Assembly (NCBI GenBank): GCA_022828085.1
Contig: JAJEIY010000031.1
Location: 13,648-77,647, forward strand
Origin: Acidobacteriota bacterium
GTDB taxonomy: Bacteria; Acidobacteriota; Vicinamibacteria; Marinacidobacterales; Marinacidobacteraceae
DNA: 64,000 bases
Direction: 5' to 3'
Under the pieces are notes generated by a model, which was not told the DNA's origin, did not search any database, and was given only the letters and a program-made list of their open reading frames with translations. The translations under genes were made by a program, and so were the position numbers. Positions 59,540 to 64,000 of the stretch are shown piece after piece; within the stretch, counting starts at the first letter, position 1; each line of letters begins with the position of its first letter.

Positions 59540-60760
59540 TCAGAGGTCGAGGCCGTGGGCGATCGTGGTGAGCTGCATGTTCTCGGTGCCCTCGTAGATC
59601 GTCCCGGCCTTGGCGTCCCGCCAGAGCTTCTCCGCGAGGCAGTCGGTCGTGTATCCGGCGCCGCCGTGGATCTCGATGCCGAGCGAGGTCACCGATTCGG
59701 CCATGCGCTGGGCCGTCAGCTTGGCCATCGCCGCCGCGTAGCGCGTCTCGTTCCCCTGGTCCGCCAGCCGCGCGGCGTTCCAGGTCAAAAGACGCGCCGT
59801 TTCCACCTGCATGGCGGCGTCCGCCAGGGCGAAGGCGACCGACTGGTTCTTGCCGATCCGGCGGCCGAACGCTTCCCGCTGCTTCGCGTAGGCGATGGCC
59901 AGGTCCAGGGCCGCCTGTCCGATCCCGACGAGCTGGGCGGCGATCCCGATCCTTCCCTCGTTGAGGAGCGCCATGGCGAGCCGGCGCCCCTTGCCGGCTT
60001 CGCCGAGGACATCGCCTTCGGCCACGAAGCAGTCCTTCAGGAAGAGCGGCGTCGTGCTCGAGGCCTTCAGGCCGACCTTCCCCTCGGGCGGACCCACGGT
60101 CAGTCCGGAGCTCGCGCGATCCACGAGGAAGGCGGTGATCCCGTCGCGCGAGTCGCTCCCATCCCGCGGGGCGAGCCGGGCGAACAGGAGATAGAGCCCC
60201 GCCTCCCGGCCGCCCGACACCCAGGCCTTCGAACCGTTGAGGAGGAACCCGCCGGCCACCGGCGTGGCGGTCGTTCGGAGCGCAAAGGCGTCGCTGCCGG
60301 CGTGCGCCTCCGAAAGCGAGAAGGCGCCGATCCGCTCCGCCGCCAACTGCGGCAGCAGCCGGAAGCGTTGGCTCCGGGAGCCGAAGCGGTTGACCGCCCC
60401 CGCGATGAGCGTGTTGTGCACGTCCACCAGGAGCGCCACCGCGGCGTCGGCCCGCGCGATGGCCTCCACCGTGAGCACCACGTCGAAAAAGCCCTGCCCG
60501 CTCCCGCCGAACTGCTCGGGAACCACGACCCCGAAGAACCCGTAGTGCGCGAGCGTCTTCACCAGCTCGGGCGGGATCCGGCCCTCCTCTTCCATCTGCC
60601 GGGTCAACGGCGCCACTTCCGCCATCGCCACCTGGTGCACTGCCCCGAAGTGCAGGCGTTCGTCCTCCGAAAGGACGCTCAGGGGATTGGTGTCGCGACT
60701 CGCCGGGACCGGCTCCACCTGGGCGAGCGGACTCTGCAACACCTGGACGGACATGCTCAC
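59540..60760 (-). CDS. Acyl-CoA dehydrogenase (short/branched-chain-like)
   Basis: FSLSEAHAGSDAF, LNGSKAW, LNEGRIGIAAQ, IYEGTEN. Confidence 0.92.
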   Translation of the reverse strand: MSMSVQVLQSPLAQVEPVPASRDTNPLSVLSEDERLHFGAVHQVAMAEVAPLTRQMEEEGRIPPELVKTLAHYGFFGVVVPEQFGGSGQGFFDVVLTVEAIARADAAVALLVDVHNTLIAGAVNRFGSRSQRFRLLPQLAAERIGAFSLSEAHAGSDAFALRTTATPVAGGFLLNGSKAWVSGGREAGLYLLFARLAPRDGSDSRDGITAFLVDRASSGLTVGPPEGKVGLKASSTTPLFLKDCFVAEGDVLGEAGKGRRLAMALLNEGRIGIAAQLVGIGQAALDLAIAYAKQREAFGRRIGKNQSVAFALADAAMQVETARLLTWNAARLADQGNETRYAAAMAKLTAQRMAESVTSLGIEIHGGAGYTTDCLAEKLWRDAKAGTIYEGTENMQLTTIAHGLDL

Positions 60761-60798
60761 GCCAGCCTATCGCGGCGCGGCGGGTCGCCCGGATCGGC

Positions 60799-63039
60799 TC
60801 AGTATTCGGCGAGGTCCCGGATGGCGGCCAGCAGGTCTTCCGGCTGCGGCAGGGTCCCGGCCTCGACGTCGGGGTTGTAGGAGACCCAGGTGTCCCTGGC
60901 GGCGACGCGGCGGACCGGAGCGTCGAGGTCCTCGAAGAGCTCGTCCGCGATGCGGGCCGCGATTTCCGCGCCGTAACCGAAGCTGCGGGTGTCCTCGTAA
61001 GCCACCAGGACGCGGCTCGTGCGGCCCACGCTCTCGCGAATCGCCTCCCAGTCGTAGGGGGCGAGAGAGCGGAGGTCCAGGATCTCCACCGAGATCCCGT
61101 CGGCGGCCGCCTTCCTGGCGGCGAGTTCGGCCCGGTGGACGAGCGCCCCGAAGGTGACCAGCGTGATGTCCTCTCCGGCCCGCACCGTCTTCGCCTTCCC
61201 GAAGGGGATCATGAACTCGGGTCCGGGATCCGGGCTCTTGTTGTAGGTCTGGCGGTAGAGGTGCTTGTGCTCGAGGAAGATGACCGGGTCTTCGCAGCGG
61301 ATCGCGGTGCGGAGCAGACCCGCCGCGTCGAGCGCGGTGGAGGGCTGCACCACCCGCAGTCCCGGAAGATGGGTGAAGAGCACTTCGGCGGACTGGCTGT
61401 GGTACACGGCGCCGCCGGTCAGGTAGCCCCCGGTCGGGACGCGCAGGACGAGCGGAGCGCTGTAGTTGCTGTTCGCGCGCCAGCGCAGACTGGCAAGTTC
61501 GCTCCGGATCTGCATGTAGGCGGGCCAGATGTAGTCCAGGAACTGGATCTCGGCGACCGGACGCAGGCCGCGCACCGCCATGCCGAGGCCGAGCCCCACG
61601 ATGGTGGCCTCGGCGAGGGGGCTGTTGAAGACCCGTTCCGACCCGAACTCGCGCTGGAGTCCATAGCTCACCTTGAAGACGCCGCCCTTGCCCTTGACCT
61701 CCCGCAGGTTCGCCTCGCGGCTCGCGTCCGCCACGTCCTGTCCGAACACGACGATCCGGGGGTCGCGGGCCATCTCCGAGCGGAGGGTGGCGTTGATCAG
61801 GTCCACCATCGTGCCCGGTTTCGCGTCCGCTTCGAAGACCGGTTCGGTCTCGAAATCGGGAGAACAGGGATCCACCTCCGGGCTGTACAGGTGGTCGCAG
61901 GCGGTGTCCGGATGGGCCCAGGGCAGGGCGAGGGCATCGGTGGCCGCCACCGCCACCTCGGCCTGGGTCCGTTTCCGGAGGCCGTCGAGTTCTTCCCGGG
62001 TGGCCGCCCCGGAAGCGGTGAGCCGGTCGCGCAGGCGCGCGAGCGGATCGCGGTCCTGATCCGACGCGCGCTCCGCCGCCGTCTTGTAGTCCCGGTCCTC
62101 GTCCGAAAGCGAGTGGGGCTGCAGCCGGATCACGCGGGCGTGCACGAGCGCCGGACCCTCGCCCGAGCGGACGTAGTCGAACGCCTCCTCGAGGGTGCGG
62201 TAGGACTCCTCGTAGTCGCAGCCGTCGCACTCGAGGACCTTCAGGTCGGGGAAGCCGCGGGCGAGCGGGGCGATCGAGCCGCCCGCCGTCTGGTGTTCCA
62301 CCGGTACCGAAATGGCGTATCCGTTGTCCTGGATCAGGAACAGGACCGGCAGCCGGCGGAGCGAGGCGCTGTTCAGCGACTCCCAGAACTCTCCCTCGCT
62401 GGTGGCGCCGTCGCCGCCGCTCACCAGCACGATCCCGTCGCCGTTCGGGGCTCCGGGAAGCCCGGGGATGCGGTGGCGGCTGAGGTAGCGCTCCGCGTAC
62501 GCGGTGCCGACCGCGTGCAGGAACTGCGTCCCCACACAGCTCGAGTGGACGGTCAGGCCGAGCGACCGCTTGGAGAAGTGCGAAGGCATCTGCCTGCCGC
62601 CCGAGGAGGGATCGGCTTCGGCGCCCCAGGAAGCCGCGAGCTGCTCGAGAGCGGTCAGGCCCAGCCCGGTGGCCAGCGCGCGGTCCCGGTAGTAGGCATA
62701 GACCCAGTCGGTCTTCGGCCGGAGCAGGGCGGCGGCAGCCGCGGTGACGGCTTCGTGGCCGGCCGAGCTGACCTGGAAGAACGCCTTGTTCTGCCGCTTC
62801 AGGGCGATTTCCCGCTGATCCACCTCCCGGGCGGTGAGCATCACCCGGTAGGCGGCTTTCAGTTCTTCCGGACTAAGCGCCGGAATGTCTTCGGGTTCGC
62901 CCTCGACGACGGCGTCGCGCCCGTTTCCGTTGGCGGCCTCGCCGGTCCGCTCCGCGGTTGTGGAGGCATCGGCGGCGGGGACTTTTTCGTCCGCAGCAGC
63001 TTCCCGCCCGTTGGACCGCAGGACGTCAGCTTCAGACAA
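60799..63039 (-). CDS. 2-oxoacid (probably branched-chain) dehydrogenase E1, fused alpha/beta subunits
   Basis: GDGATSEGE...NGYAIS (TPP motif), [32 protein letters not shown]. Confidence 0.92.
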   Translation of the reverse strand: MSEADVLRSNGREAAADEKVPAADASTTAERTGEAANGNGRDAVVEGEPEDIPALSPEELKAAYRVMLTAREVDQREIALKRQNKAFFQVSSAGHEAVTAAAAALLRPKTDWVYAYYRDRALATGLGLTALEQLAASWGAEADPSSGGRQMPSHFSKRSLGLTVHSSCVGTQFLHAVGTAYAERYLSRHRIPGLPGAPNGDGIVLVSGGDGATSEGEFWESLNSASLRRLPVLFLIQDNGYAISVPVEHQTAGGSIAPLARGFPDLKVLECDGCDYEESYRTLEEAFDYVRSGEGPALVHARVIRLQPHSLSDEDRDYKTAAERASDQDRDPLARLRDRLTASGAATREELDGLRKRTQAEVAVAATDALALPWAHPDTACDHLYSPEVDPCSPDFETEPVFEADAKPGTMVDLINATLRSEMARDPRIVVFGQDVADASREANLREVKGKGGVFKVSYGLQREFGSERVFNSPLAEATIVGLGLGMAVRGLRPVAEIQFLDYIWPAYMQIRSELASLRWRANSNYSAPLVLRVPTGGYLTGGAVYHSQSAEVLFTHLPGLRVVQPSTALDAAGLLRTAIRCEDPVIFLEHKHLYRQTYNKSPDPGPEFMIPFGKAKTVRAGEDITLVTFGALVHRAELAARKAAADGISVEILDLRSLAPYDWEAIRESVGRTSRVLVAYEDTRSFGYGAEIAARIADELFEDLDAPVRRVAARDTWVSYNPDVEAGTLPQPEDLLAAIRDLAEY

Positions 63040-63149
63040 ATCGGCTTGAGTGAATTAGCGGGTCGCAGGTGATCGCAGAACCTCAGTCTGGAGTTGAAAA
63101 GACGCGATCCGAACCATCAGGAGGGAAGAAAATGTTAGCAGACGGCCTT

Positions 63150-63367
63150 GGAGCGCCGGTCTCCAGACCGGCATCGCGGCCAACGGCCGCGAAACTCCCG
63201 GCGCTACGGCGCCCCGTGGCGGGGACCCGAAACGAGGACGGCGCAGCGGAGCACGCGCGTACGGTTGCCGCCGCGCCAACGCCCTTGGCGGCGGCGCCAT
63301 GCGGCCGGATGACGCTGGGGAGTTTCGCCCGCTGTGCGGGCGATGCCGGTCTGGAGACCGGCGCTCC
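63150..63367. repeat. REPIN-like element (units 63150-63198 and 63319-63367)
   Basis: GGAGCGCCGGTCTCCAGACCGGCATCGC is repeated perfectly as an inverted terminal pair. Confidence 0.88.
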
Positions 63368-63370
63368 GAG

Positions 63371-63721
63371 CTACCTGGCGAGGGCTTCGCCGGGCTTCTT
63401 GGCGTACTGCCGGTACTCGTAGGTCCGGTCGCGTTCTTCCGCGAGACGCATCCCCTCGTCGTGGGGGAACATGTGGACCGCGTCGTAGTCGGGCGGGCAG
63501 AACTTGGCGCAGAGCTGACACCCGATGCAGGTGTCCACGTTCACTTCGCAGACCTGGCCGACCGACCGGGGCTCGGGGTCGGGAACCAGGATGATGCAGT
63601 CCTTGACCGGACAGACGGCGATGCACATCTCGCAGCCGCGCCCGAAGCATTTGCCGGCGTCCACGTAGGCGAGGATCTTCGGCTGGCGCTTCCGGGGCCC
63701 GGTGATCAAAACGTCCTGCAT
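63371..63721 (-). CDS. 4Fe-4S dicluster ferredoxin
   Basis: CFGRGCEMCIAVCP and CIGCQLCAKFCP; TACGCT-N8-ATG at 63721. Confidence 0.85.
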   Translation of the reverse strand: MQDVLITGPRKRQPKILAYVDAGKCFGRGCEMCIAVCPVKDCIILVPDPEPRSVGQVCEVNVDTCIGCQLCAKFCPPDYDAVHMFPHDEGMRLAEERDRTYEYRQYAKKPGEALAR

Positions 63722-63746
63722 GAACGGAAAGCGTATCATTCGGACC
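63722..63746. promoter_or_regulatory. Overlapping bidirectional -10 elements driving two leaderless mRNAs
   Basis: Top strand TATCAT 63734-63739, N7, GTG; bottom strand TACGCT 63735-63730, N8, ATG. Confidence 0.65.
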
Positions 63747-64000
63747 GTGCCGACCGCCGAGGATTCCGTAGCCCAAGCCAAGGGCTCCGAACTGTCCCCG
63801 CCGAGCGCGAAACTGCCGCCGCCCGGCATCCACTATCGCCGTGGTCTCGGGCTGCGTAAGGAAATCATCGAGCCGCTCACGGAGGACTACCGGGGACACC
63901 TGGTCCGGTTCGCCCGCGATCACGACTATCGGCTGCGGGCCGGCGAACTCCGGTTCCTGATCGCCCACGAGTTCGGCTTCTGCTACGGCGTGGACCGGGC
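63747..64000 (+). CDS. ispH: 4-hydroxy-3-methylbut-2-enyl diphosphate reductase, 5' part (truncated by window; absent from the ORF track)
   Basis: Manual translation gives ...YRRGLGLRKEI...LIAHEFGFCYGVDR, the IspH N-terminal FGFCxGV motif. Confidence 0.88.
   Translation, partial: MPTAEDSVAQAKGSELSPPSAKLPPPGIHYRRGLGLRKEIIEPLTEDYRGHLVRFARDHDYRLRAGELRFLIAHEFGFCYGVDR

Noticed and set aside
60799-63039. Fused E1 alpha/beta dehydrogenase as a novelty
   Set aside because: This fusion is well known in several phyla
63150-63198. Hammerhead ribozyme interpretation of the three-stem repeat unit (stem followed by GAAA)
   Set aside because: The CUGANGA core is absent in every copy on both strands as read by eye; the unit fits a REP-like element better

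Overview
High-GC, two-membrane bacterial chromosome segment (TonB receptor, TolC-type channel). The gene styles suggest Acidobacteriota or a similar lineage; this is inference only. It is mostly housekeeping and catabolic genes: amidohydrolase, ECF sigma with anti-sigma, a cell-wall recycling cluster (serine hydrolase-VanX fusion, SSS symporter, AmpG), cobO, M20/S58 peptidases, addAB, an RND efflux pump, an amino-acid ABC transporter, aromatic amino-acid decarboxylase, acyl-CoA dehydrogenase, a fused E1 alpha/beta, ferredoxin and the start of ispH. No rRNA, tRNA, CRISPR array or transposase was seen. The most interesting signals are: (1) a lower-GC two-gene insert (18237-22066), encoding an HTH protein with a VPA1262-like/PLD-fold C-terminus and a coupled 710-aa unknown protein behind a TGACA repeat array, which is a candidate defence system; (2) a REP/REPIN-like ~50-nt repeat family with covarying stems, occurring as inverted pairs; (3) three tandem leaderless ArsR-type promoter-operators with no ars effector genes; (4) pervasive leaderless promoters, including a 25-bp bidirectional promoter, a probable non-canonical start and a coupled uORF; (5) an AbiEii-like toxin-antitoxin operon extended by an EEP nuclease; (6) duplicated small membrane proteins with a conserved leader, one carrying a His/Met-rich insert. 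All product calls come from motif recognition, not database searches.
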